48,185 bases of DNA from an uncultured Prevotellaceae bacterium (GCA_946624335.1 CAMOSA010000001.1:1-48185), one strand, 5' to 3'. Positions 36,512 to 46,681 are shown, counted from the first letter of the stretch. Made by a program: numbers and translations. The notes: generated by a model from the sequence alone, not told the origin.

Positions 36512-37783
36512 TCAGAATGAGTACTGCAGCATCACGACGGCCCGGTGCGTGGCCACGCCGAGGTCGTCGATGTCGCGGTCGAGCTGGCGGTCATGGCCCC
36601 AGCGGCCTACGAACTCGTACATGGCCGAGAGCTTGAGGTTGCACGAGGGGATGAAATAGTTGAGACCGACGGAGGGCGCATTGAGGAAGCCGCCCGTGCC
36701 TGTCTCGCCCAGGCCGTTGCGGTCGAAGAAGTCGTAGCGCAGGGCGGGCTGGAGGTGCTTGGTGACGAAGTAGCCAGCCTGGACGTAGCCGCCGAGGTAG
36801 TTGTACTCGTTGTGTATCTTCTGGCGCTTGGTGAAGTCGACTTGCATGTAGTACACTTCGGCGGCGAGGTAGAGCCGTTTCCAGAGCATGGCGAACTCGG
36901 CGCCGAGGCGGAAGTCGTTGGTCGACTCGCTTTCGCTCTCCACGTTGTAGTTGGCCGAGAGACCGAAGAGCATCTTGCGCTCGTTCAGTAGCTTGGTGTT
37001 ACCCTGCGATGCGGGCATGACGCCGTAGGGCTGGTAGGTGAGGCGCCCGGCATAGAGCAGCGAGGGGATGTGTATGTCGTCGGACAGCGTCTTCGAGGCT
37101 GTGTTGACGTTGATGCCCGTGCCGTTGAAGAGGCCTACTTCGTAGCCGAAATTCTTCTTCGTCAGGCCGTGAAACTCGACGCCGAGATCGAAGCCCGTGG
37201 CAAAAGCCGGCGTCACGGCGTTGAGCGAGTAGGGCAGTATGACGGCCTGCGTCAGGGAGTTGGGCAGCGACGGCATGAGTGTCTCGCCGAGCGTGGTGAG
37301 GTAGGCGTGGGAGAAGGGCGTCTTGAACTTACCGATGCGGAAGTGGGCGGCATCGTTGATGCCATAGTCGATCCATGCCTGCTGGAGGATGGCCGCGCCG
37401 GAGGCTGCTGCGTTGATGCTGAGGTTATAGTCGATCTTGCCGAAGGCGCGTCCGGTGAATCCGAGGATGGCGTTGGGGATGGCGAAGCCGCTGTTGGCGA
37501 CGTTGTCCTGGTTGTAGGCTTTGTCGAGGCCCTCGCTGTCGTACCAGTTGAAGTTGCCCGAGGCCTGCAGCATCAGGTAGGGCTTGAAGACAAAACGTCC
37601 GTCCTTGCTCTGGAGCGTGAAGCCGCGGTTGTCGGCGATAGGCACGACGCCGTTGGTCATGTCGAGGGATGAAGGCTCATCCCCGACCCCTTCCGTAACC
37701 GAGGGGAGAGAGTTGTCTTCTGCTGAAAGAGGACAAGTTGATAGCGCGAGAAACGATAGTAGAAGAAAATGTTTATAGTTCAT
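36512..37783 (-). CDS. Outer-membrane beta-barrel porin (porin O/P-like)
   Basis: Signal peptide, alternating-strand pattern, and the C-terminal MLQYSF. Confidence 0.65.
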   Translation of the reverse strand: MNYKHFLLLSFLALSTCPLSAEDNSLPSVTEGVGDEPSSLDMTNGVVPIADNRGFTLQSKDGRFVFKPYLMLQASGNFNWYDSEGLDKAYNQDNVANSGFAIPNAILGFTGRAFGKIDYNLSINAAASGAAILQQAWIDYGINDAAHFRIGKFKTPFSHAYLTTLGETLMPSLPNSLTQAVILPYSLNAVTPAFATGFDLGVEFHGLTKKNFGYEVGLFNGTGINVNTASKTLSDDIHIPSLLYAGRLTYQPYGVMPASQGNTKLLNERKMLFGLSANYNVESESESTNDFRLGAEFAMLWKRLYLAAEVYYMQVDFTKRQKIHNEYNYLGGYVQAGYFVTKHLQPALRYDFFDRNGLGETGTGGFLNAPSVGLNYFIPSCNLKLSAMYEFVGRWGHDRQLDRDIDDLGVATHRAVVMLQYSF

Positions 37784-37850
37784 GATGACAATAAAATGCT
37801 GTTTCTTGAGGTTATATTTTGTTCTTAAATATACATTATATTATTCTTAA

Positions 37851-37878
37851 CCGCCCCTCCCTTTGAGGGGAGGAGCGG
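37851..37878 (-). other. GC-rich imperfect hairpin between co-directional genes
   Basis: CCGCCCCTCCCTTTGAGGGGAGGAGCGG. Same CCCCTCCC/GGGAGGGG hairpin family as at 32783-32802 and 33158-33177. Confidence 0.5.
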
Positions 37879-37887
37879 GGAGGGGGC

Positions 37888-39345
37888 TTACAACGACTCG
37901 AGGAATCGGATGAGGTCTTTCCGCTCGTCGCGGCTCATGTTCTTGAACTTATTCTTCGATGCCTCGCCTTCACCGCCGTGCCACATGATGGCCTCGGTGA
38001 AGTTACGTGCGCGTCCGTCGTGTAGAAAATAGGTGTGACCGTTGACCTTCTCTTGCAGGCCGATGCCCCATAGCGGTGTCGTGCGCCACTCGTTGCCGCG
38101 TGCCAACCCGCTGACATAGTTGTCGTTGAGTCCTACGCCCATGATCTCGCTGCCCATGTCGTGCAGCAGGAAGTCGGAGTAGGGGTGTATCGTCTGCCCG
38201 CCAAGCCACGGCAGCTGCGTGCCGTTCAGCAGCGTCGTGCCGCGGCTCTTCGTGTGAAGCGTTGAGGCATGGCATAGGCCGCATCCGGCGCGGAAGAAGA
38301 GGTCCTGTCCGCGGCGCACACTCTTGTTGTTGACGTTGCGCCGTGCCGGCACGCCGAGGCATTGCAGGTAGAGGTCGACATCCTCCATGTCCTCGGTGGA
38401 GATATCGAGCTGGTCGTAGTAGAGGCCCATCATCGACCCTTGCTCCATCTGTCGCTGCCCTTGGCATATCTCCTCGGGATAGCGGCTGTTGGTGACGCCC
38501 ATATCGCTCGAGAAGCCCAGCTCCACGGTGAGGTCGGCGTGCTGGGCCTTATTGCCCCCGACGCCGAGGCGCCGCTGGCCGCGCTCGTTGATGTAGTTGC
38601 AACGCCCGCTGATGCCCCACTCGGGATAGTCGCTCTTGCGTGCCAAGGCTTCGATCTCAGTGGGGTCGAGGGCCATGATTTGGCCCATGCCTACGTGGCG
38701 CAACGGTATGCGCACCGAGCAGAAGAGATCTTCGGGGCGGACGGAGTCGGCATACCACTCGCTGATGCTGTACTCGGGGTAGCAGAGCTCGTATTCATCG
38801 CCGTCAGGGAACTGGAAGGTCTCGTAATGTTTGGTCACCTTGATCTTGCCCTCGGGCTCGACGCCGTAGATGGCCTGGTCGTGGATGACGCGGCCGTAGT
38901 CCTGAAAGAAGACGCCGTTCTTGCGGGTGACATAGACGAGCATCGACGAGAAGCCATAGGAGCCACTGCCCTCGGCGTCCTCCCACAGTGCGGGCTTCGT
39001 GCGGCCGGCATTGCGATGGCAGCTGCCACAGCTGTAGCCGGCGTATACGGGTCCGAGGCCGCCGCCGTAGCCATTGGAACTGGTACGTGCGTCGTCGTAG
39101 AGCTTGTCGCCGCGCATGAAGCGTTTCTTGAGCTCGCCCAGCACCCAGTCGGCCTCGCTGTCGTAGGCGAAGGACGACGTGGCATAAATCGTCGACGTGC
39201 CGGCTGACAGCCCATAGCCCGCCGGCGCCTCGACGTCGGTCAGGCTGAGGCCGTCGTCATCGCCGCTACATGCCGTGAGCGCGATGGCGCCCACGGCATG
39301 CAACATTAATATTAAGGTATTCCTAAAAGCGTTTCCTATCATCAT
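37888..39345 (-). CDS. DUF1111-family di-haem cytochrome c peroxidase-like lipoprotein (so-called thiol oxidoreductase)
   Basis: Lipobox ALTAC and two CXXCH motifs (CGSCH, CGLCH). C-terminal WHGGEG motif. Confidence 0.85.
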   Translation of the reverse strand: MMIGNAFRNTLILMLHAVGAIALTACSGDDDGLSLTDVEAPAGYGLSAGTSTIYATSSFAYDSEADWVLGELKKRFMRGDKLYDDARTSSNGYGGGLGPVYAGYSCGSCHRNAGRTKPALWEDAEGSGSYGFSSMLVYVTRKNGVFFQDYGRVIHDQAIYGVEPEGKIKVTKHYETFQFPDGDEYELCYPEYSISEWYADSVRPEDLFCSVRIPLRHVGMGQIMALDPTEIEALARKSDYPEWGISGRCNYINERGQRRLGVGGNKAQHADLTVELGFSSDMGVTNSRYPEEICQGQRQMEQGSMMGLYYDQLDISTEDMEDVDLYLQCLGVPARRNVNNKSVRRGQDLFFRAGCGLCHASTLHTKSRGTTLLNGTQLPWLGGQTIHPYSDFLLHDMGSEIMGVGLNDNYVSGLARGNEWRTTPLWGIGLQEKVNGHTYFLHDGRARNFTEAIMWHGGEGEASKNKFKNMSRDERKDLIRFLESL

Positions 39346-39404
39346 TTTCTTCGATGAAATCGGTGTTTTTGAATGCTTTTTCCCTCATGTGCCGAGGCGG
39401 GACG

Positions 39405-40577
39405 TCAGTCCTCGTCGTCGATCTCATGGCTGAGGAACAGGTCCTTGTAAGCGCGTCCGCCTTCGTAGCTCTCTGTCCACGACTTGTAGAGCTCCTGGGC
39501 ATCCTGACGCAGCAGGTAGCCTACCTGAACCATATAGTTGCCCCACGAACGTGCGTTGGCCGTAGTGTAGTCGAGGTCGGTGGGGTCGGTGCTGGTGCCG
39601 TCGTTGAGTGTGCGTGCCTTACCGTTCTTGAAGACGAGGAACTCCATCGTGTGGAATCCGCGTACGCTCTGTACGGCTTCGATGGCATCGTCGGAGTCGC
39701 CGTCGCTCCACGTGAGGTTGTCAAACTTGCCAGAGTTGAGGATGTTGACGATGGCTTCCTGGTCGAGGGGCCAGCTGTCCATGTTCGGGTCGAGGCCGAG
39801 GGCATCGACGGGGCCGAAGAGGAAGGCTTCGCTGGTCTCCCACGGCTCACGTGCGTCAAGCCAAGCCTCGCAGACGGCCTCGAAACCCTCGTCGGAGGGT
39901 GAGCTGACGAAGCGTTGGGCGGCATCGTAGAGTGCCGTGTTGGCTTCGACGAGTGCCTGATAGGTGGGCAGCACGACGATGTTGACGTAGCCCGTCAGCA
40001 CGGGTTGCAGCACGTCGTTGCTGTTGACCTCCTTGGTGCGCTGGATATATCCCTTGAGGCTTCCGAGCACCTCTTCCAGGTCGTTGCAAGCCTGCATGGC
40101 CTTCTGCACCTCGGGAGCGCCGATGTTGTTGCGGAAGGGTGCGGGTATGGCCTGGATGGCGTCGTAGGCCGCCTGTATGGCCTGGCGCACCTGGGTGTCG
40201 AGTGTCGGGTTGTTGGCTGCGATGAGTGTGGCCAGCGAGCTCGTGGCAACCTGTCCGTTGCGTGTGCCGTAGTAGGCGTTGCGCACGCTGAGGATGTTGT
40301 TGCTGTAGTCGTCGATACTGTGCCAGCTGTACCACGACTCGACGGCATAGAGGGCCTCGGTCGTGCGGCCCGAGTTGTAGAGGTCATAAGGATCGCCGAT
40401 CTTGGCGTTACCAACCTCGTTGGCGATATCCATGCATCCGTCCAGGATCTGTTCTACACAGACGAGTGCCGACTGTTCGTTGTCGATGATCTCGTCTTCC
40501 TTGTCGTCCTCACCGCAGGAGGTGAAACTCATTGAGGCTGTCAGCAGCAGCGCTACCATCATAAAATACTTCTTCAT
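39405..40577 (-). CDS. Imelysin-family (peptidase M75 / EfeO-like) lipoprotein
   Basis: Lipobox SFTSC. Motifs VESWYSWHSIDDYSNNILSVRNAYYG and GFHTMEFLVF are typical of imelysin. Start placed at the ATG at 40577 (MKKYFMMVALLL). Confidence 0.85.
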   Translation of the reverse strand: MKKYFMMVALLLTASMSFTSCGEDDKEDEIIDNEQSALVCVEQILDGCMDIANEVGNAKIGDPYDLYNSGRTTEALYAVESWYSWHSIDDYSNNILSVRNAYYGTRNGQVATSSLATLIAANNPTLDTQVRQAIQAAYDAIQAIPAPFRNNIGAPEVQKAMQACNDLEEVLGSLKGYIQRTKEVNSNDVLQPVLTGYVNIVVLPTYQALVEANTALYDAAQRFVSSPSDEGFEAVCEAWLDAREPWETSEAFLFGPVDALGLDPNMDSWPLDQEAIVNILNSGKFDNLTWSDGDSDDAIEAVQSVRGFHTMEFLVFKNGKARTLNDGTSTDPTDLDYTTANARSWGNYMVQVGYLLRQDAQELYKSWTESYEGGRAYKDLFLSHEIDDED

Positions 40578-40618
40578 AATCGTTAGTATATTTGTTAATT
40601 CTTTTATGTGGTTAATCT

Positions 40619-41917
40619 TTATTTCTTCCAGAACCATGTGGTGTAGGCTACGCCGATGTTGAACTCGTTCTCGCGGTTGTAGCGGCTATGTCCGAAGACG
40701 CTGGCCGTGCCTACCTTGCGTGTGCTCCAGTCGGCTTTCACGACGACGTTGGGCAGCGCGAACCAGTTGATGCCGCCGGTCCATTTGCTCACTTGGCATC
40801 GGGCGTCGATGGCCTGTGTGCCCTCGCCTTGCTCCTGAGGGTTGTAGTATTCGTAGCGCGCAAAGGGATAGATGACGGGACAGCGATGGTCGCCGATGAC
40901 GGCGCTCATGTTCACGCCGGCCTCGACGCCGTAGGACAGGGCGTTCTTGGCCGTGCGACGCATGGCGCCGTGGTGGTAGTTGGACAGATTGGAGAGCGAT
41001 ACGCCACTGAGCTTCTGCGAGTTGGTGATCTGTCCCCACAGCACGTTGGCGCGGGCCGTGACATAGCGGTTGCGGTACTGTGCGTCGGCCGAGAGGATGT
41101 GTACGCTGACACCGTCGAGGCTCGAGTACTTATAGCGCTTGTCGGCATTGGCCGTAGCGTCGTTGCAATAGTAATAGGAAGCCCCGACGCGCAGGCCTGG
41201 CACGCCTTCGTAGTCGAGGCGCACGGTGTAGGCTGGGCTGGTGAAGTTATCGGTCTCGAAGAGGCCCTGCTTGCCGTCGGCCACCCAGTGGTCGCGGCCG
41301 AAGCCGTCGGCGTTGAGTCCTGTGGTGACGTAAGCCTCATAGCTCACGCGGCTGTAGTCGCGGCCGAGGCGTCCGAAGATGCTGAGGCCGGTCTCATGCC
41401 ATGTCGAAGGGATGAAGGTCGTCTCGGCCTCGGGACGGATGGTGCCGAAGAAGAGGATGGGCTCGTGGTGGGCGTTCGTCAGGCCTACAGGCAGCACCAT
41501 GTGGCCGGCACGCACGTGGAAGGCGCGGTTCAGGGTATAAGTCAAGTGGAACTGCTCGAGGGCGACCTCGCCGCCCTTCTCCATCTCGGTTTCGTATTCG
41601 CCGTTCTCCGACGCTTCCATCTCGCTCTCCAGGCCTACGCCGCCCGCCTCGAACTCTATCTCGGCACCGAGCTGCCAGTGGCGGTTGAACTTGTAGTCGC
41701 CAGCGATGACGAAACGGGGGATGGCAATCGTGTTGCGGCGCTCGTAGGTGTTGCCCGACGTGGTGCCGTTGAAGCGGCTGGTGCCGTAGCCCTTGAAGGA
41801 ACCGACCATCTCGCCGTAGCTGCCGATGCGGAAGTGCTCATAGTCGTCTTGAGCACGTGTCGCTGTGGCCGCTGACAACAGCATGACAAAGGCTGCGCAA
41901 CGGCTCAACGCGTTCAT
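40619..41917 (-). CDS. Outer-membrane beta-barrel protein, first gene of the operon
   Basis: Signal peptide MNALSRCAAFVMLLSAATATRAQ and alternating aromatic/hydrophilic strands throughout. Start placed at 41917. Confidence 0.6.
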   Translation of the reverse strand: MNALSRCAAFVMLLSAATATRAQDDYEHFRIGSYGEMVGSFKGYGTSRFNGTTSGNTYERRNTIAIPRFVIAGDYKFNRHWQLGAEIEFEAGGVGLESEMEASENGEYETEMEKGGEVALEQFHLTYTLNRAFHVRAGHMVLPVGLTNAHHEPILFFGTIRPEAETTFIPSTWHETGLSIFGRLGRDYSRVSYEAYVTTGLNADGFGRDHWVADGKQGLFETDNFTSPAYTVRLDYEGVPGLRVGASYYYCNDATANADKRYKYSSLDGVSVHILSADAQYRNRYVTARANVLWGQITNSQKLSGVSLSNLSNYHHGAMRRTAKNALSYGVEAGVNMSAVIGDHRCPVIYPFARYEYYNPQEQGEGTQAIDARCQVSKWTGGINWFALPNVVVKADWSTRKVGTASVFGHSRYNRENEFNIGVAYTTWFWKK

Positions 41918-42031
41918 GTTTCTTGCTAAACGGATCATTATTATATACATATATATATTAAATCACTGAGAATCGGGCAAGTCTCAGGGCGATGAGGCCC
42001 TGCTGAAGGCTATGTGCCATGAAATCGGCCG

Positions 42032-42039
42032 CAAAGGTA
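42032..42039 (-). promoter_or_regulatory. Bacteroidota -7 box on the minus strand
   Basis: TACCTTTG (reverse complement) lies ~115 nt upstream of the operon's first ATG. Confidence 0.45.
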
Positions 42040-42231
42040 TGAAAAGAAATGCGAACGTACAAGCCGTGGAACTCCATTTACCTAATAATAATGACTGATT
42101 CCGACGCCGCGGCGGCGCGTCACTGTGTTGCGCGTCACACAATTTAGGTATTTGCCGCCACGGAGGCGAGTCGTGAGCCATCAAAAAATGAAATAATCCC
42201 TAAAATCTTTGGCGCGAAACGAAATAATCTC

Positions 42232-42239
42232 TACCTTTG
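42232..42239 (+). promoter_or_regulatory. Bacteroidota -7 box
   Basis: TACCTTTG lies 69 nt upstream of the lipoprotein ATG at 42308. Confidence 0.5.
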
Positions 42240-42307
42240 CCCCTCGAAATGAGCCTTGCCTCACGACGACACAACTACGTATTACCTCTTTAAATAATAG
42301 GACAACA

Positions 42308-42739
42308 ATGAAAAATCTCTGGAAAATCCTGGCAGCCCTGCTCGTCGTAGCCCTGCCGATGCTCGTCGCTTCATGCGGCGACGATGATGAAGTCGAAGGC
42401 CCCGTCACCTACACCTACAAGTGGGAACTGCAGAACGCCAGCTTAGGCAACAGCGCCACCACCGCCGAGCGCATGGCTGCCCTCAATGCCGAGGAGTCTG
42501 TCAACTCGCTGCTGGCCAATGCCTTCAAGGCCAAGGGCTTCGTCGTGACGCCCGCCGAGCAGAAGTTCACCATCGAGACCGAGGAAGACGTCGACCGCTA
42601 CGACAATCAGGTCAAGTCCGCCCTCTATGCCGTGCTGGCCGAGCCCTCGCTGGCGACCGTCGTTGAGCCGCTGCCCAATACCGCCAAGGTCGTCGTCAAG
42701 CGCGGCAGCAAGACCGTCATCGAGAACAAGCTGAAGTAA
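42308..42739 (+). CDS. Small lipoprotein of unknown function (143 aa)
   Basis: Lipobox MLVASC followed by GDDDE. The track ORF start at 42209 is upstream of the promoter box. Confidence 0.65.
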   Translation: MKNLWKILAALLVVALPMLVASCGDDDEVEGPVTYTYKWELQNASLGNSATTAERMAALNAEESVNSLLANAFKAKGFVVTPAEQKFTIETEEDVDRYDNQVKSALYAVLAEPSLATVVEPLPNTAKVVVKRGSKTVIENKLK

Positions 42740-42827
42740 GCGCCTGCCACACCGCGGCCCATCCCCATAGCCTGCCCCCAGCGACGAGGGCAGGCTTCAC
42801 CTAATCTTATCCTATCTGCTTAAGCCT

Positions 42828-43808
42828 ATGCATTTTACCGAAACTGTTCAGATGAGCGACCTGATTCATGACGACTATCGTCTGCTGCAGGTCATCTCGC
42901 GCTTCGGCGTCTCTTTAGGGTTTGGCAACCAGAGCATTGACGCCGCCTGCAAGGCCAGTGGCGTGGACACGTCGACCTTCCTGGCCGTCGTCAACTTCAT
43001 CCAGAATGGGGGACACCTACCTGTCAGCGAGTTGGCCGAGGAGGTCAGCGTGCCCGAGTTGATGCGCTATCTGCAGCGCTCACACGCCTACTTCCTCGAC
43101 TTTCGTCTGCCGGCCATACGACGCAAGCTCATCAGTGCCATCGACTACTCGACGAAGAATCAGATAGGCTTCCTCATACTCAAGTATTACGACGAATATG
43201 CCGCCGAGGTGCAGCGCCACATGGAGTATGAGAATTCACATATCCACACGTACGTGCAACAACTTCTCGACGGACAGGTGCCGACGCGCCACGCCGACTA
43301 CACCGAACTGGCCCATCAGCACCGCGACAACCACTCCAGCATCAACAAGAGCAGCCACGAGCTGAAGTCCATCATCGTCAAGTACTATTCCGGCAACACC
43401 GATACGCAGCTGCTGGCCGACACGCTGATGGACATCTACATCATGGAGGAGGACCTCTTCTCGCACTGCCATCTTGAGGACACCCTCTTCGCCGAAGCCG
43501 TTCACCTGCTCGAGAACGAAGTCAAGGCCAAGGTCGGCAACGGCCCCGCAGACACCACCCTGTCTCGCACGATGCCGCAGCCCGATGCTTCGTCTGAGGA
43601 ACTGTCTGAGCGCGAGAAGGAAGTCATACAACTCGTCGTGCGCGGTCTCTCCAACAAGGAGATAGCCGAGAAGATGTTTATCTCGGCCAACACCGTCATG
43701 ACCCACCGCCGCAACATCGCCCGCAAGACACAGATTCACTCGCCCGCCGGACTCACCATCTATGCCATCGTCAACGGGCTGATTAACCTCGAGGATGTGA
43801 GGCTTTAA
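42828..43808 (+). CDS. LuxR-family HTH regulator with a RIC/ScdA_N-plus-hemerythrin-like sensor region
   Basis: The C-terminus [39 protein letters not shown] is a LuxR/GerE HTH. The N-terminus ([37 protein letters not shown]) resembles ScdA_N. His/Glu-rich helices follow ([28 protein letters not shown]). Confidence 0.7.
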   Translation: MHFTETVQMSDLIHDDYRLLQVISRFGVSLGFGNQSIDAACKASGVDTSTFLAVVNFIQNGGHLPVSELAEEVSVPELMRYLQRSHAYFLDFRLPAIRRKLISAIDYSTKNQIGFLILKYYDEYAAEVQRHMEYENSHIHTYVQQLLDGQVPTRHADYTELAHQHRDNHSSINKSSHELKSIIVKYYSGNTDTQLLADTLMDIYIMEEDLFSHCHLEDTLFAEAVHLLENEVKAKVGNGPADTTLSRTMPQPDASSEELSEREKEVIQLVVRGLSNKEIAEKMFISANTVMTHRRNIARKTQIHSPAGLTIYAIVNGLINLEDVRL

Positions 43809-43864
43809 TTCTTAATCCTACGCCCAGCGTCGCTAGGCACTTCAGGAACACTTACTCATTCATA

Positions 43865-44932
43865 ATGGACCAAGAGCTCAATAGCCTTATACATTCCACG
43901 TCACTCCCTCCTCGCGAGGGCGATGCGAGGGGTTCAGCCTCCGACCGCGACTTCGAGCAGGCCCTGCGCCCCCTGCGCTTCGAGGACTTCTCCGGTCAGG
44001 TCGGCGTTGTCGACAACCTGCGCGTCTTCGTGGAGGCTGCCAAGTATCGTGGCGAGCCCCTCGACCACACGCTGCTGCACGGCCCGCCGGGCTTGGGTAA
44101 GACGACGCTCTCCAACATCATCGCCAACGAGCTCGGCGTGGGCTTCAAGATCACCAGCGGCCCCGTGCTCGACAAGCCTGGCGACCTGGCAGGCATTCTG
44201 ACATCGTTGGAGCCGCAGGACGTGCTCTTCATCGATGAGATACACCGTCTCTCGCCCGTCGTCGAGGAATACCTGTACTCCGCCATGGAGGACTACCGCA
44301 TCGACATCATGATCGACCGCGGCCCCAGTGCACGCAGCATACAGATTGACCTCAACCCCTTCACGCTCGTCGGCGCCACGACGCGTTCCGGTTTGCTCAC
44401 AGCCCCCCTGCGCGCGCGTTTCGGCATCAACCTCCACCTCGAATACTACGACGCCGACACGCTCTGCCAGATTGTCCTGCGCTCGGCCTCCATCCTCGGC
44501 CAAGCCATCGATGACGAGGCGGCGGCCGAGATTTCGCGGCGCTCACGGGGCACGCCACGTATCGCCAATGCCTTGTTGCGACGCGTACGTGACTTCGCAC
44601 AGGTCAAGGGCAACGGACGCATCGACATCGACATTGCACGCTATGCCCTCGAGGCCCTGAACATCGACCGCCATGGCCTTGACCTCATCGACCGCAAGAT
44701 ACTCCTGGCCATCATCGACAAGTTCAAGGGAGGACCCGTGGGCATCACCACCATTGCCACCGCTATCGGCGAGGACGCGGGCACCGTTGAGGAGGTCTAC
44801 GAGCCCTTCCTCATCAAGGAGGGATTCATCAAGCGCACTCCTCGTGGACGCGAAGTGACCGACCTCGCCTACCAGCACCTCAACCGCTCGCGCTACGCGT
44901 TGCCTGGCGACCAGCCGTCGCTGTTTGACTGA
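43865..44932 (+). CDS. ruvB: Holliday junction branch-migration helicase RuvB
   Basis: [12 protein letters not shown], Walker [10 protein letters not shown], Walker B LFIDEIH, and [16 protein letters not shown]. Confidence 0.96.
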   Translation: MDQELNSLIHSTSLPPREGDARGSASDRDFEQALRPLRFEDFSGQVGVVDNLRVFVEAAKYRGEPLDHTLLHGPPGLGKTTLSNIIANELGVGFKITSGPVLDKPGDLAGILTSLEPQDVLFIDEIHRLSPVVEEYLYSAMEDYRIDIMIDRGPSARSIQIDLNPFTLVGATTRSGLLTAPLRARFGINLHLEYYDADTLCQIVLRSASILGQAIDDEAAAEISRRSRGTPRIANALLRRVRDFAQVKGNGRIDIDIARYALEALNIDRHGLDLIDRKILLAIIDKFKGGPVGITTIATAIGEDAGTVEEVYEPFLIKEGFIKRTPRGREVTDLAYQHLNRSRYALPGDQPSLFD

Positions 44933-44941
44933 ACATCTCTT

Positions 44942-46237
44942 ATGACATCACACGATCCACAGATACTGCCCCCTTCGCTCCCCTCCCTGACAGGAGCGGA
45001 CGGCGAGGGGACTGTCCGGGCGGACTTCCCCATCCTCGCCCGACAGGTCTACAACCGTCCCCTCGTCTACCTCGACAACGCCGCTACGACCCAGAAGCCT
45101 CGCTGCGTCATCGACGCGATGACCGACGAGTACCTCAACGTCAACGCCAACGTCCACCGCGGTGTCCACTATCTCTCGCAGCAAGCCACCGACCTCCACG
45201 AGCAGGCTCGCGAGACGGTGCGGCGTTTCATCAACGCACGTTCCACCGCAGAGATTGTCTTCACACGAGGCACCACGGAGAGCATCAACCTCGTCGCTGC
45301 CACCTTCTGTCAAGCCTGTGTCGGCGACGGCGACGAGATTATCGTCACCGAGATGGAGCACCACTCCAACATCGTGCCGTGGCAGTTGCAGCAAGCACGT
45401 AAGGACATACGCCTGCGCGTTTGCCCCATCACCGCCGACGGGCGCCTCGACCTCGACGCCCTCGGACACCTCTTTACATCGCGTACGCGTCTGCTCGCCT
45501 GCACGGCCGTCAGCAACGTGCTCGGCACCGTCAACCCCATCCGTGACATCATCGCCATGGCCCATGCCCACGGCGTGCCCGTCCTCGTCGATGCCGCACA
45601 GGCAGCGCCCCACATGGTGCTCGACGTGCAGGCGCTTGACTGTGACTTCCTCGCCTTCAGCGGGCATAAAGTCTACGGTCCGACCGGTATCGGCGTGCTC
45701 TACGGCAAGGAGACATGGCTCGACCGCCTGCCACCCTACATGGGCGGCGGCGAGATGATTGGCAAGGTGACCTTCGAGCGCACTACCTTCAACGTCCTGC
45801 CTTACAAGTTCGAGGCTGGCACGCCCGACTACGTCGCCACGACAGGCCTCGCACGCGCTATCGACTATGTCAGTGCCATCGGCCTCGACGCCATTGCAGC
45901 CTACGAGCACGCCCTGGGCGCATACGCCTACGAACGACTCATGCAGATCCCCGGTATGCACATCTACGGCCCCGGCCCCAGCCCCGTCATTTCCTTCAAC
46001 GTGGCACAGCCACGGTCAGCGGCCGGCCGTCAGCCAGCCCTCATCCATCACCTCGACCTCGGCACCCTCGTCGACCATCTCGGCATCGCCGTGCGCACAG
46101 GCCACCATTGCGCCGAACCCCTGATGCGGCGCCTCGGCGTCGAGGGCACCGTCCGCGCCAGCTTCGCCCTCTACAACACGCGCGCAGAAGTCGATGCACT
46201 TGCGGCCGCTATCGACAGGGTTATCACGATGTTCTGA
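44942..46237 (+). CDS. sufS: Cysteine desulfurase, SufS/CsdA class
   Basis: YLDNAATTQKP, the PLP-lysine motif SGHKVYGPTGIGVLYG, and the active-site loop RTGHHCAEP. Confidence 0.9.
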   Translation: MTSHDPQILPPSLPSLTGADGEGTVRADFPILARQVYNRPLVYLDNAATTQKPRCVIDAMTDEYLNVNANVHRGVHYLSQQATDLHEQARETVRRFINARSTAEIVFTRGTTESINLVAATFCQACVGDGDEIIVTEMEHHSNIVPWQLQQARKDIRLRVCPITADGRLDLDALGHLFTSRTRLLACTAVSNVLGTVNPIRDIIAMAHAHGVPVLVDAAQAAPHMVLDVQALDCDFLAFSGHKVYGPTGIGVLYGKETWLDRLPPYMGGGEMIGKVTFERTTFNVLPYKFEAGTPDYVATTGLARAIDYVSAIGLDAIAAYEHALGAYAYERLMQIPGMHIYGPGPSPVISFNVAQPRSAAGRQPALIHHLDLGTLVDHLGIAVRTGHHCAEPLMRRLGVEGTVRASFALYNTRAEVDALAAAIDRVITMF

Positions 46238-46272
46238 AAACAACACTTACACCCTGAAAAGGCTAAAACAAC

Positions 46273-46313
46273 ACCGCCCTCATTGACAAAAGTCAAGGAA
46301 AAGGGCGGTTTTT
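46273..46313 (+). terminator. Rho-independent terminator after sufS
   Basis: ACCGCCCT...AGGGCGGT stem with an inner TTGAC/GTCAA pairing, then TTTTT. Confidence 0.7.
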
Positions 46314-46357
46314 ATGTTTAAAAGCAGGAATATTCCACCTATTCCAACTTTTCGCCG

Positions 46358-46365
46358 TACCTTTG
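46358..46365 (+). promoter_or_regulatory. Bacteroidota -7 box
   Basis: TACCTTTG lies ~200 nt upstream of the 39-aa ORF. Confidence 0.45.
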
Positions 46366-46561
46366 CACCAGCAAAAAGAAAGAGACAAGGCCGAAAGAAG
46401 GCACTACTCGTCTGAAAGAAAGAAACAAGGTCGCCACAGGCCGTACACACCAAGACCACAGGTCAAGCGAGACCTACACGACAAGTCTGAATAACATAAG
46501 GGTAAAAAGTCCATACGTTTGAATTAAGGTAAATGATTGTTTTATTTAAGGAGTAACAACA

Positions 46562-46681
46562 ATGAATGCATTGACATTGACAACGGTTGCAGTTACCCTG
46601 CTGGCAATTGCAACCATCACCGGCTGGACGAACGGAGGAAACGGTGCGGGACGCATCTCGACCTCTCTTCCCCAGTTCTGA
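46562..46681 (+). CDS. Candidate 39-aa membrane peptide (MNALTLTTVAVTLLAIATITGWTNGGNGAGRISTSLPQF)
   Basis: ATG preceded by AAGGAG at 7-nt spacing. One predicted TM helix. It has its own promoter box and its own downstream terminator, and is below the track cutoff. Confidence 0.4.
   Translation: MNALTLTTVAVTLLAIATITGWTNGGNGAGRISTSLPQF

Noticed and set aside
39405-40637. Imelysin ORF start at 40637, overlapping the upstream beta-barrel gene.
   Set aside because: The internal ATG at 40577 yields a standard lipoprotein signal (MKKYFMMVALLLTASMSFTSC). The extra 20 residues are not signal-like.
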